64,000 nt of DNA, from assembly GCF_026210795.1 (NCBI RefSeq), contig NC_089429.1, positions 7,254,001-7,318,000 on the forward strand, given 5' to 3'. Shown here piece by piece: positions 27,800-41,083 of the stretch (the stretch's first letter is position 1; the number at the start of each line of letters is the position of its first letter). The stretch comes from Rhizophagus irregularis. Its lineage: Eukaryota. The translations under genes and the position numbers were made by a program. Under the pieces are notes generated by a model. The model was not told the DNA's origin and made no database searches. It worked only from the letters and a program-made list of their open reading frames with translations.

Positions 27800-30700
27800 T
27801 TATATATCATTATAATTTAACCATTGTTGATACATTATATCATATTGATTTTCTACATCACATTCTGTTCTTTCTAATATGTTTTCAATATTCTCTTCTT
27901 CATCATTTTCATCATCATTATTATTTTCCTTTTCAAATAAAGGGATTTCATTTTCTTTTAATGATGTCGACAATCTTTGATCCAAACTCTTAATATTTTT
28001 CTCAATTCCGGATGATAAATAATCAAAACAAAAATTACATTTATCATCATATAAAGTACTTAAACATTCTTTATGAAAACTGTGTCCACAAAGTAAAACA
28101 ATTCCATTAGATAAATCTATACTATTTGATAATAAACAATTATTTGCATCACAAAATTTATCATCTGCTGGTATTTTTTGTGTATTCCAGCCTAAAGGAA
28201 GTACCTTTACATCCACTTCAATATCAAAACTTGGAAGATAAAATTTTGGATATCTATCATTATTAATTTGTTTTGTATTTCCTATATTCTGATGAATCTT
28301 ATCAAATATTGAGAATAAAAATAATGAAACCTTTTTTTCTAAAGATTTTAATTCTTTAATTTGAGACTTAGCTGGATTTCTCAAATTAACAAAAGAATTT
28401 TTAAAAGGATTATTATTTCTTTCAGCATCAATAATTTTTGCTTTTTGTATAATTTGTAACTCTGAATTTGATTCTGCTGTTTGATGCCTTAAAGAGCTAT
28501 GAAAATTTTCAACAAAATAATCATTAAAAATTGGTAAATTATTTTTTAAAATATTAATTATTGGATGATTTTTTGAAGTCCAATAAAATACATCACTTAA
28601 AAACATAAGTGGTGCTTTATTATAATTATGTCTTCTCAATCTTTGAAATAATATCCAAATTTTTACAGTACTTTCTAAATATCCTTCAAAAAATCCACTT
28701 CTAAAAAGTATTGCATATATATCCAAAGTAAGTGGAATAGAATTATCTAATAAATCTATCATCATTTGATATTCTGCATCTTTTAAATTTCCAAATCTTT
28801 TTGTAACAATATCACGAATATTTTTCCATCCATGATAAGTTAAATGTAAAATAAGATTGATTACTGTTTGTTTTGGTTTTTGAGATAATATTTTTTTATC
28901 TCCAAATAAGTTATGATATAGCATCTCAAAAAAGAAATGATATGTTTGAAATAGTATTTCTCTGCTGTTTAAAGAGACATGAAGTGGACCTATCATAGGA
29001 ATTAAATTTAACACTTGCTCTGGAACTCCAGAATTAATGCCTTTCTTAATTCTAAGTGTTATAGCTCTTCTTATATTTACTTGTCCTGGCCAATCAGCAA
29101 TTACAGGAATGATAAAATTATTTAAATAATTTTCTTCAATATTTTCTAATCTTTCAAATGCTTTAAATACATAATCTAAACATTCAATATAATCCTTAGT
29201 ACTATGTAAAGGATGCAAAATAAAGTCTACTAATTTGCTATTAGACATTGATCTTAATTCATGGTAATTTTGAATTCTACCATCATAATTATGAATATTA
29301 AGTAGTTCAACTCTATTTTCATAAGAATCTTCAATTAAAAAATTTTTCCATAATTCTTTTTGCATATAATAACTTTTACCTAATTGATTCATAAAATTAT
29401 TTTTAATGTTATTAATAATTAATCCAGAATCAATTCCTTTAGGATTATGTATTGAAAAATTATTTAATGAATAAAATGGTATTTTTGGAATTTTAGTATT
29501 TGTATTCAATAATATTGTTACAAAATGATAAATATTGTGAGTTTGTAACAATGTTGGTTGATTACGCCTATGAATATTATGGTAATCATCTATATTAAGA
29601 ATAAACATATTTTCTATATTTTGTAAACAATAATTATCTACAGTTTGTTGGTGTTCATTTGAAATAAAATTTTTTTTACGATTTACTGTTTTTCTTGTTA
29701 CTGAAACTCCTATATTTGCCAATGTATCAATAGAAGAAGAAGAAGCTCCAGAAGTTTCCAAGTATGATCCAATATCAACTTTAATTCCATTAATATATTT
29801 ATTATTAATGCTAGCTAAAAAATAACATAAAGAAACTAATTTTTTTTTGTTGTTATTATTTGTTGTTTCAGATTTAGTATTAGGATTAGTTCCAGCATAT
29901 AATTCATCAAAAAATCCAATTAAATCTTTATCAGCTGTTTCTAACATAGTTTTAAAAGCTATTGGATCATAAATAGGTTTAAGATTTAATCTATGTTGAT
30001 TATTATAAAGAATATTAGACATTTTTATTATTTTACTACTTAATTTAATTTCACTTGAAATTTTTAATTGTGTCATAATTTCTTGATAATCTGATTCAAA
30101 TTGTTGTAATTCTTCTCCAGTATATAAGATATCTTTTCTAAATAAATAAGTATGATTTCCTATTTTTGATATATTGTCATTATTATTTTTTCTAGAAATT
30201 GGTGCTTTATATTCTTCAGTTTGTAAATATTGAGAATCTTTATCAGTTTTTTTTTTACACATACTGCAAATCATTGCAAGTTCATCTAATTCTAATACTT
30301 TAATTAATCTTGTTGGAACTTTTTGAAGACTAAATTGTTTGCTTGTATTTTTTGATTGATTTAAGTATTCATCATGTTTTGGATGTTGACAAGTTTTTAT
30401 TTGTTTAGTTTCTATTGATTCATTTTGTATAACTTCTATTGATTCATTTTGTATAACTTCTATTGATTCATCTTGTATAGCCTCTATTAGTTCATCTTGT
30501 ATAGTTTCTATTGATTCATCTTGTAAATTATCATTATCATTTAAATTGTTTTTTTTAATTGGAATAGGTGCTTTGTATTTTTCATTTTGTAAATATTCAG
30601 AATCTTTATCAGTTTTATTTCTACACATACTACAAATTTCTGAAGATTCATTTAATTCTAAAACTTCAATTAATCTTTTTGGAACCTTTTTAAGATTAAG

Positions 30701-30963
30701 TTTGCTTGATTTTTTTTTGTATTTTTTGATTGATTTTTATATTCATCATGTTTTGGATGCTCACAACTCTTATTATAATTAATATTTCTAGTTTCATTTA
30801 AAATAAATTGATTGTAATGTATTTGGCATAAATACATTCCAACTGAAATAATTAATTCAGTAGATTTTGGTATTTTAGTGTTATAAGTGATTGGCTTTAT
30901 TCTTCCATTACATTCAATGGAATCAAAATTGCAAATATTTGAAAAAGTAGAAGTGTTATCCAT
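27800..30963 (-). CDS. Putative Academ/DUF6589-like transposase with repeated N-terminal Zn modules and a C-terminal RING finger (one frameshift)
   Basis: 942-aa ORF plus the upstream 97-aa ORF, joined across the T-run at ~30710-30718. Motifs ILNIDDYHNIH, PVIADWPGQ, PMIGPLHVSLN, VENFHS. RING-like CDANNC..CGHSFHKEC..CNFC. Confidence 0.7.
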
Positions 30964-31202
30964 TTTTTATATTAAAAATTATGAAAGTATTTAAAAAAAT
31001 ATTGTTTTTTTATTTTAAATTGGATTGGATTTTCTAATTTTGCTAAAGCAATTTTTTTGTCTATTTATAAAAAAACTGATTAAATATAACACATAGAAAA
31101 CTTTTAAAATAATTAATTTTATCTTATATTTTTAAAATAGTAAACAAAAATAAATTTTAGAAAATATATAAAGTTTTAAAATCAAATAATCATATATTAC
31201 TT

Positions 31203-31535
31203 AAAATTGACTAAATATAACATATAAGTAAGTTTTGGTTTCAAGCGAATTAGAATGCCATTTTTTTACCATATATTTCTAAATGGTTAACAAATATATA
31301 ATGAAAATTTCAAAGTTGGCTTAAAAGTCTGTGGCTTTGTACAAAACTTTGAAGTCTAAAAATTGCAAATTTATTAAAATTGACTAAATATAGTATATAG
31401 GTAACTTTTGGTTTCAAGCGAATTAGGATGCCATTTTTTCACCATATATTTCTAAATGGTTAACAAATATATGATGAAAATTTCAGAGTTGGCTTAAAAG
31501 TCTGTGGCTTTGTACAAAGTTTTAAAGTCTAAAAA
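31203..31535. repeat. Tandem duplication of ~174 bp inside the Academ-like element
   Basis: Two copies of AAAATTGACTAAATAT..GGTTTCAAGCGAATTAG..AAGTCTGTGGCTTTGTACAAA..AAGTCTAAAAA. Confidence 0.85.
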
Positions 31536-32483
31536 TAGTAAATTTCCTAATTAAATACTAAAAATTTATATATAAAATTAATAAATATCAATTTTAGTAA
31601 TGAAAAAGGTTTATTATTTTATTCTATATCGTTAAAAAACTTAAATTTATCAATTTTTATAGCCCGGCCGAATGTATATCGGTGTAGCCAAGCCAGATCG
31701 GCCGATTTTATATAATGTGATAATTCATAATAGAAATACAAAATCGTGAATATCTTGGCATCTAGTGATCCAAAATTAATGAAAATACCACCATTTGACT
31801 CGTCTCGATGAGGCGAATCCAATGAGCACAACTTTATCAAAATTGGATGACTGAATTTCGAGATATTGTTTATTGAAGTTTGAAAAATATATACGATCAG
31901 CAAAATGATCGGCATGGCGATATAACATGCTCATGCGTTAAGTGCATAAGGTCTCACATCAGGATTTTTAAAAAAAGGAAAATCTTAACGAAATCATGTG
32001 ATCAAAATGATCGATATAATTAATATATAAAATTACCAAAAAAGGAAGATACGACATATTGCAGGCGTGAAAAAAAATATATAATATAAAAATCTTACAC
32101 ACTAAAATAATTTGTATAAATAGTTATTTTTCTAAAAAAAAAAAAAAATTACTATTACAGTCTGGGATTTTATCATAAATGGAATCATTTTTAAGCATTT
32201 TGATTGGTAGTGATCTTACCATTTTTGTATATGCCGATCAAAGAATGTTGATCAGAATATTCTATGACTGACATCGCTACATTGATCGTTCGAAATGATA
32301 AAACTTAGATAATTTTATTATTTTTTCTAATTTATTTCTGTATTTGAAAAATATATTTTTTTCGCCTAAACTACATCTATATCATCTAATTCACTATCTA
32401 TACTCTGCAAATTTCGTACCTCTTGTAATATGGCTAGCAATTCACTTTTCTTTTTAGATCCTATTCCATGGCACTGCTTGCGA

Positions 32484-35400
32484 TAGTGTTCAGACCCAGG
32501 TTCTTAACGGGTACACGGGTTGACCTGTTAAGAGAAATAAAAACCCGGGTTGGTACCTCGCTAAGGAAAGTTTAACCCTTTGCTTTTATCGGTTCGGTTA
32601 ACGAGGTTGATAACCGGTCGACTAACGGTTGGCTAACTAGGTTTGACAAAGCTTTTACCTAATTTATGAATAGTGGGTTGCTTAACGGGTTTTAATGGTT
32701 GGATAGCGGGTTACTTAAAGGGTTTAACAGGTTAATAATGGTTTCTTAGCAAAATTTTTATCGTTTAAATCATTTATTATTTTAATATTTTTATTACTAT
32801 TATTATTATTTATTTAAGTTTAAACATCCAATGAATGTAATATTGCAATAGAATATAATTTCTATTCATCAGTTGGATAAATTGTATCAAAATTTGATGC
32901 ATTTCTTTTTAAGAACATGATTTTTTTGAATAAACTTGGTTTCATACGTGTTCTTTTATTTGTTAATAAATTTCTGGCATCAGAAAAAAGACGTTCACTC
33001 GCAGTTGAAGTTGCAGAAACTGCTAAATATTTTTGTGCAAGGTTACGTAAAATAGGAAATTTATCCTGTTTTCCATTCCACCATACAAGTGGATCTGACG
33101 CAAAAGGAATTTCATTAAGTTGTAAATATTCCCCAACTTCATCAAGAGCTATTACATTATCTTTAATAAGTCGTTCCATTAGTGATTTTCTTTTGAATGT
33201 GCTGGATGAGCCAGATGTACTGGATGCATCAGATGTACCAGATGCTTCAGGTGTATTTTTTTGATTATTTTTTTCTTGTTCAAATAGAGTTCGTAACTGC
33301 TGCTCAGTATGAGATTTTTGAATTGATGAAGTAAAATCAAGACTTTTAAATCTAGGATCAAGTATTGAAGAAATTAAAGCATCAGTAGTAATTGTAGGAT
33401 AATACTTAATTAAATTTGTATATAAAATTGATTTAATTTCATTAATTAAACCATAAGTATTAACTGATTTATTAATATCATCATTTGGTATTTCATCTTG
33501 ATTCTCCTCATCAAATGCATCACCTGTTTCTTCTCTATTAATATTTTGTGAATCAGTTTCAAGTATTTTAATTATTTCTATTATTAATCGTGAATGTAAA
33601 CTGCTTGTCACATATTTACTTCCTCCTAATTCCGTTGTTGCATCTGCAAATGTTGATAATACCTCTATTATATCAGCAAGAAAATCCCATTCCTCATCTG
33701 TAATCATTATTTGCTTTAATCTTTTAGCTTCTTTTTTTGTATCTAAATCTGTACTAATTGAAAGAGTATTAGATAAAAGCTTAATCCATTCTTTCAAATA
33801 TATTAAACGTGACCAGGCAAGATAACTTGAATTCCAACGAGTGGCCACGTCATTAACTAATCGAAGATATTTGGCTGTATCTTTGGCACTCTAAAAAAAT
33901 TAAAATTTAATATTATAATTATATATAAGAATTTATAAATTATTATTAAAACTTACAATTTGTTCATTAGATTCTAAATTTTCATCTTTATTTGCATTTG
34001 GATATTTTTTTTGAATATCTTCTAGGCGTTCAGATTGTTTGGGACGCATAAAAAAATCAATTAATCTTTTCACTCGTAAAATTAATGGTTTTGCTGGGAT
34101 TAGCCCTTTTCCAATTATTAGTTGTAAAGTGTGTGCCCCACATGCTTGCCATTTAATTGAATTCATATCCGAAATGGCTTTTTTCATATTGGCAGCATTA
34201 TCAGTGGTGATTACAAAGACTTTTTCTCGTAATTTCCATTCCTCTAATGTTTCTTCTAAACTTTCTGCAATATGCTGTACAATGGAGATAACGAATACGA
34301 TTAACTGTTAAGGTAATTTCATTAAGTACAAAATTGGAATCAATATAGGTGCAAGTTACTCCAATATAACCTTGCCCATTTTTCACGATCCACATATCTG
34401 TGGTTAATGATACACTCTTTGCTTCCACCCTAATTTTTTCAATTAATATTGGCAATGTGGATTTATAGGATTTCGAAATAATTCTCTTAATTCCTTTTTC
34501 ATCTGGAATTATAAAAGCTGGATCTAATTCATTAATCAATTTACGAAATGAAAGACTTTGTACTACGTATAATGGTTGAAGATCTTCAGTTATCCAGTTG
34601 GTCAAAAATTGGCGAAGTTTACGTTGCCGACTTTCTTTATGCTTATAAGTATGAACAATAGATGTAATTGTTGACTGATTTTTCTATATTATAATAAGAT
34701 TATTAATTAGTTTTAACAGCACATAATCCACATATAATAAAAGATTAAGAAAAATACCAACATTCTTCATTCTATCATCATTTGTTATATCATGTTCCGA
34801 TGATAAATGATTAATCACGTTACCGGTTGAACCATCATTAACATGAATAGCTTCACATTTTTTTCCATCTGCACTTAAAACTTTACACCTCTTAAGTGGT
34901 TCTCCTTTATCACTTGTTTGTTCATTAATATCTACTTCTTCAAAATATTCCCACGTCCAACTTGATTTTTTTCGACTACTTTTTGCTTTCTTTGATTGCG
35001 GCACTTCTTCAGGATTTGAAGGACGAGAATGATCTTGCCTTATATCAGTGATATCACTCATAATTATAAAGAATTAACGATGTGTGTGATAATATATTAA
35101 TATAAAACGTAATATAAAATTAATAAAAAAAATTAAAAAAAAATAGTCAATTTTTTTTGACGATTTTTTTTATTTGATGTGTGTGATAATACAAAATGTA
35201 AGATAAAAAAAATTTAAAAAAAAATATTTTTTTTTTTTGACGATTTTTTTTTTATTTAATGATTCTGATTTCTGATGATCCGATGATTCCGATGATTCCG
35301 ATCTATCAGGTTATAGACAATTAGACAAACACATCACAATGATCACATATTCACATGAAAATTCTCCAACCCATTTAGCTAACCCGTTTAAACCGTTAAC

Positions 35401-35577
35401 CCAATAATCCGTTACAAAACTGATACCTGATATCATTTGGCGGGTTAAACCAGTTGTACCCGATAGTCAATTTTCAAACCTGGGTTGAACCTGTTAGTTA
35501 AAATTTAAAACTGTCAACCCGATATTAACGGATATCCGTTATAACCCGTTAATAACGGTTTACGGGTCTGAACACTA
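32484..35577 (-). mobile_element. hAT family A, full-length element
   Basis: 14-bp TIRs TAGTGTTCAGACCC / GGGTCTGAACACTA and AACCCG subterminal repeats. The flanking 8-mers do not match each other (GCTTGCGA vs ATAATTTT). Confidence 0.92.
32862..35061 (-). pseudogene. hAT transposase (BED finger, DDE core, dimerization domain), about 2 introns and 1 frameshift
   Basis: SWTWEYF..C..C..STGNVINHLSSEH, SLTTDMW, TTDNAANM, CGAHTLQL, ATRWNS, ASERLFS. Introns at ~34760-34683 and ~33957-33892; frameshift near 34280. Confidence 0.88.
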
Positions 35578-36339
35578 ATAATTTTAATGATCATTTATCG
35601 ATCATTTAAGAATCCCGGACATTACATATACAACTCAATGGCAACTTTTTTGCAGATTGACCTAAATTTCACAAAAAAAATCAGTTTTTTGCGATTATCT
35701 TAGCATCCAGTAGTCCAATTTGTACGAACTTTTTTTTGTTTTGTAGCTCTCATTGAGCTCTACAAAATAAAAAAAATCCGCATGAATTGGATTACTGAAT
35801 ACTGAGATAATCGCAAAAAACAGAAAATAAAAAAAGAGCAAATGGGTTTTTTTTGGCAATAAGTCAGTTGTGAGTTCTATAAGAGATGTCTGGGATTTTA
35901 TCATTTATTCAATTTTATCTCTTCACTATAATTAAATTGATTGGCTTTAGTTGAAAATTCTACATATTAATATGTACTCAAATTTTACAGTCAGCTTAAT
36001 ATTTATTTAAGTTTACTACATATTAAATTTTATCAAGATTGCATCATTATTGGGCAACTTTTACTAGTAATAACTTTTTAAATTCTAATAAAATGTGTTT
36101 TTATGAGTATTTTTTCACAAAATTTTAAAGACTATTTATAAAAAAATGAACAATATAATTTTTAATGATCAAATTTATTGTTTAAATAAATAAAACAAAA
36201 AAAATTCTTTAAACAGTTCATAAAATTTTGCCAAAATTTTTTCCTAATATATATTTTAAAACATTCTTTTAATAATAACTTTTGGTTTATCTAAAATTCT
36301 GCTGATTTATTTTAGCCATTAATTCTTGAATACCTAAAT

Positions 36340-36783
36340 CAGTGTTAGGCAATTGGACAATTGGATGTTTTGGACATTTGTCCAAAACCTATCCAAAACT
36401 TGTCCAAAACTAAAACCTTTTTTTCATTGGACAGGTTTTGGACAGATTACATGACAAAAAATTTAATTTTGGCCAGAATTATGATTAATTTTGGCTAATT
36501 TTAATTTTAGTTCAATTATTAAATTACTTCAAAAATCTTTAAATATTAATTTTTAATATTATTTGATTTTATATTAATTTTTTATCATTTAATTTATATT
36601 AAATATTTAATTTTAACATTATATTTTTATTTTATTTTTAGTTTCAGTTGATAAATATTAGAACTCTTGAGCAGTTTTAAACTGTCTAAAACTATGTCCA
36701 AAACTATGTCTAAAACTGGTTTTAGATAGTCCAAAATTGTCCAATTAAAAAAACCAATTGGACAAGTCCAAAACCCAATACTG
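36340..36783. mobile_element. hAT-like MITE
   Basis: Ends CAGTGTT / AATACTG, duplicated CCTAAAT at 36333-36339 and 36784-36790, TTGGAC/GTCCAA subterminal repeats. An empty-site homolog is at ~50400. Confidence 0.8.
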
Positions 36784-37739
36784 CCTAAATAATATATTTT
36801 AAAAATTTCAAGTTTCACCCATAAATCTGTGGCTTCACCCAAAACTTCAAAATCAGGTTAGCAGATGATTGGCAAATGATTGGCAATTATCAAATTATTG
36901 GAAATTTTGATTTAAGGCTAATCTTGGCAATACATTTTTTTTTACCATAATAATTTTATGGCAATTTCTATTTGTATACGGAACAGAATGTTTAAACATG
37001 GGTCATATTAGTAGATTAAAAATGGCATTCAAAACCTTCTTTAATGCCTTAAATAAACTTGCAGAGCAGGTAAAAATACATATATTTATCTGTAATATAA
37101 TAAGAATAAAAAGTCAAAGAGTATAATGTCGGTAGCATTCAATTTCAAATTAAAAAACAAAAAATTAGTCTATTAAAAATTATAATTATATGACCCGTGT
37201 ACAAACACTAAGGATGGTCATCGGTCCTAGAAGACCACAGTCCTATGGTCCTACACCATAAAAAGACGGACCAGTCCGTCTTAGTGTAGGACCGCGGTCT
37301 TTCGGTCCTGTATCACATATAATAAGACCGTCGGTCTTTTTAAGGACCGCAGTCTTTTTAAGATTGATCGGTCTTTTTTCTTTTTTTGCAAATAAAAAAA
37401 GATTTTCTTCCTTAACTTTATTAGGAATAGCCTTGTTTTATAAATGAACACTAATTGGGATGATTTTTAATATAAATTTTTTTTTTTACAAATCACCTGG
37501 ATTTATGATCATCACATACGTCATGCACTTACTATTATTGTATTAGTGACAATCATATGATCATTTTCGTTTAATCAAACACTTGGTAATCATAACCTTT
37601 TAGCTAAATATGAGTTAAGCATGATAAAACTAGTTGTATTTATGCAAAAATGCATCACTGTGTTCAAACTTGCACAGTAGTTAAAAAATTTTCCCATCGC
37701 AATTTTTTTTTTATTAAATTTTTTTTTTCTTTTTGAATT

Positions 37740-39695
37740 ATGGCTGAAGAATAAGAACAAGAGGATAATTACAACTCTTTTCCATATGAATCCTTTATAG
37801 AGGATCAAATTTTTATTGATTATGAGGATGAGGAATATGAAGAAAGAGATAGTGAAATAACAACAGAAATGGCTGAAAGAGAAACTGAAATTACTGAAAC
37901 TGAAACTGAAACTTCTAGTATTAGATCTAAAGAATTAAGACAAGCTCGAGTTTAGAAACATTTTGAAAAAAAGACAATTGAAAAAGATGATGAACAAACT
38001 GAAACTTATATTTTATGTCATATTTGTGAAGGCCATTTTATTCTGCAAAGCAATTCTACTACAACTCTTGAACGTCATTTAAAAGCTAAACATTTTGATG
38101 TATATAAAGACTTAGGTCAAGTTGAATCTAATGCAAAACCCTGGACAGTTGATATACAACAAGAAAAGCATAATCTTTTTGTTAATTGGATTATCACAGA
38201 CCAGCAACCATTTACCATTGTTGAAAATCAAAGTTTTAAAAAATTTATAGCATCTATTCAACCAAAATACAAAATTCCATCTCAACACACAATAAAAGAT
38301 ATGATAATGAAAAAGTTTGAAAATGCACAAATTCAAATAAAAAACTACCTTCAACTTTCAACTTCCAAAATTTCGTTAACAATGGATATGTGGACAACAA
38401 TTAGTTCATTAGGTATTTTGGCAGTAACAATTCATTTTATAAAAGATGATTGGCAGTTTGATCACTTTGTATTAGATGTATTGTATATTCCTTCACCACA
38501 CACAGCTTTAGCAATTAAAGATTCTATTATTAAAATTGTTTCAGAATTAAATATTGCAGATCGATTAATTGGAATTACTAGTGACAATGAAGCAAAGATG
38601 TTAGCTGCGACTCGACTGATTAAAGAAGATCTTAATTTATCAGAATTTTGCCACTATCGCTGTGCAGCACATATTTTAAACCTTGCTGTTGAAGCAGCAC
38701 TTAATACAAGTATAGTTCCTAATTGTGTCAAAAAGTTGCGTATATTTATTAGTACAGTAAGAAATTCACCTAAACAAATGGATAAGTTAAAGGAGTTTTT
38801 TCAAGTTGAAAAAATTAAATTTAAAGTACCACTTCCAGATTGTACTACAAGATGGAACTATACATTCTACATGATAGATCGAGCATTAGAAATTAAACCT
38901 CTTTTGGCTCATTTAGTATCAAATCTTACATCATTATCAAATAATTGGCCAAATGAAGAAGAATGGAATATACTTACTATTTTAGCAGACTTATTAGCTC
39001 CTTTTGCATCAGTAACAAGAGTGATATCTGCTTCTAGTTATCCAACTATTGGTGAAGTTAAATTACTTTTTGAAGGTATTAGAATGCATTTAAATCAATC
39101 TCGAGGTGAAAATTTTATTTTACAAGACCAAGTAGATGAAATGAACCGTGTTTTTACAAATTATTTTGATGAAATAAGTGAGGCATTACATGTTCCAGCC
39201 TTTTTTGATTCCCGTTATAAAAAATTAGCATATGGTGATATGTCTCAAAATAATATTTTTGAACCAATTCGTAGAGCAATGGCCAATTATAGAGAATCTG
39301 ATGATACTCATATACCATCTCAACCCATTCAGGCTTCTCAGCGTCATTTAATGAATTTATCAGCAATTGAAACAAGAAATTTTTTTCGCAATTTAATAGC
39401 ACCAAATCAAACTCCGCAGCCTGTTTTAAATGAATTGGAACTTTATTTTACTTCTAACTCACCAGGTGATGAAATAGTACCTTTAGAATGGTGGAAAAAC
39501 CATTCTATGGAATACCCAACATTATCAAAAATGGCAAAGGACTACTTAGCCATAATGCCAATGTCTGTTCCTTGTGAACAGTTTTTTTCAATTGCAGGAA
39601 ACCAATTTAGTCAAACACGTAACAGAATTGATGCTAATACAGCACGAGCATGTTTATGCTTAAAATCTTGGTTAGAACAAGGAAAAATTGAATAA
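37740..39695 (+). pseudogene. hAT transposase with disrupted N-terminus and open DDE core
   Basis: ATG at 37740 followed by early stops and a frameshift in the BED region (CHIC..TTLERHLKAKH). ORF 38301-39695 has LTMDMW, ITSDNEAKM, CAAHILNL, TTRWNY, PLEWW, SVPCEQFFS. Confidence 0.9.
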
Positions 39696-39948
39696 AATAT
39701 TAAAAAATTTTGATATTTTATCCTTTCATATAATTAAAAAATCTTTTATTTTATTTTTTTTGTATAAATTTTTTAACTTTTTATGTATTCTCTTTAAAAA
39801 TATATGTATTTATTATTAACATTAAAAATAAATTAACATTTATAAAAAATGAATAAATTACTAAATTTCAGAATGAACAAATAATCTTAAAAATTAATAA
39901 ATTAGCATTAGGAAATTCTTTTTGAAAGAATATAAGCATGTAAGTGGG

Positions 39949-40673
39949 CAGAGTTGCCTGTCAAAACACTGAAACTCCAAACTTTAAAAAAAGCGTTTAA
40001 GCGGAATATCTCGTCATCCAGTGATCAGAAAAGGATGAAACCACCACCATTCGAATCCTCTCAGCGAGACGCATCGAATGGTGACTAAACCATATTTCCA
40101 GGATCAATAGATAACCAACAATTATTGAATTTGTTATAAAATAGTTTTGCCGACGTAATTGTTTTTCTATCGATTCTAAAATCATGATTTTGATACCATT
40201 CGACACGTCTCAGTAAGACGATTTGAATGGTGGTAAATTCATCCTTTTATAATCACTGGATGGTGAGATATTACGTTTTAAAGTTTTTTTTTGAAATTTT
40301 CGAAGTCATAGTTTCGAAAATTTAAAGCTTTGAGAAAAAATACTTCAAAACGCAATATCTCACCATCCAGTGATTGTAAAAGGATGATTTTACCACCATT
40401 CGAATCGTCTCGCTGCAGCGCGTCGAATGGTATCAAAATCATGATTTTATAATCAATAAAAAAAATATTACGTTGGCAAAATTATTTGATAATAAATTCA
40501 ATAATTACCGACTATCTATCGATCCTGAAACATTGATTTATCACCATTCGACGCGTCTCGCTGAGACGATTCGAATGGTGGTGTTTCATCCTTTTCGATC
40601 ACTGGATGACGAGATATTCCGCTTAAACTTTTTTTGAAGTATCAGAGTTTCAGCGTTTTGACAAGCAACTCTA
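39949..40673. mobile_element. Palindromic MITE nested in the hAT-B 3' region, with four palindromic modules
   Basis: Ends (C/T)AGAGTTGC, whole element is an imperfect inverted repeat. Degenerate 8-bp TSD TAAGTGGG / CAAATGGG. Confidence 0.75.
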
Positions 40674-41083
40674 CAAATGGGAAGAGTGATTGTCATTATT
40701 TATTGGTTTGGAAATGGCCGGTCTTTATATTATTTTATGAAGACCTTTATCAGATTAATAGGTTTATTCAATATAAAAATCATTTATTATATAAAGACCG
40801 GTACGAGGACTGGTCGGACAAGAGGACAGTCCTCTTGCTTGGCCATCAAAAAAATGCAAGACCGCGGTCTGGTCCTACAAGTCCTGGGACTGACCGGTCC
40901 AGGACCGAGTAGGACCAGTAGGACCGATGACCATCCTTAACAAACACCCGTGTAAACTTAGAAATTTTCTAATTTTATAATGTATTTTTCATAAATTAAA
41001 CTGACAAAAAAAATAATTAGTATAATTTGCCTGAGTATTTATGATTTTACCCGATGTTTTCAAAGTAGAAGTAATATAATATA

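Larger units (their letters stand above)
27391..31938 (-). mobile_element. Academ-like DNA transposon with 9-bp TSD, putative autonomous copy
   Basis: TSD TAAGTGCAT at 27382-27390 and 31939-31947. Left end AGCATAGCGGACAT with GCCGATCATTT subterminal repeats; right end degenerate. Contains one long ORF. The superfamily call is inferred from protein motifs. Confidence 0.8.
37209..40939 (+). mobile_element. hAT family B, full-length element
   Basis: TIR TAAGGATGGTCATCGGTCCT at both ends, perfect 8-bp TSD ACAAACAC (37201-37208, 40940-40947), GGACC/GGTCC subterminal repeats. Confidence 0.95.
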
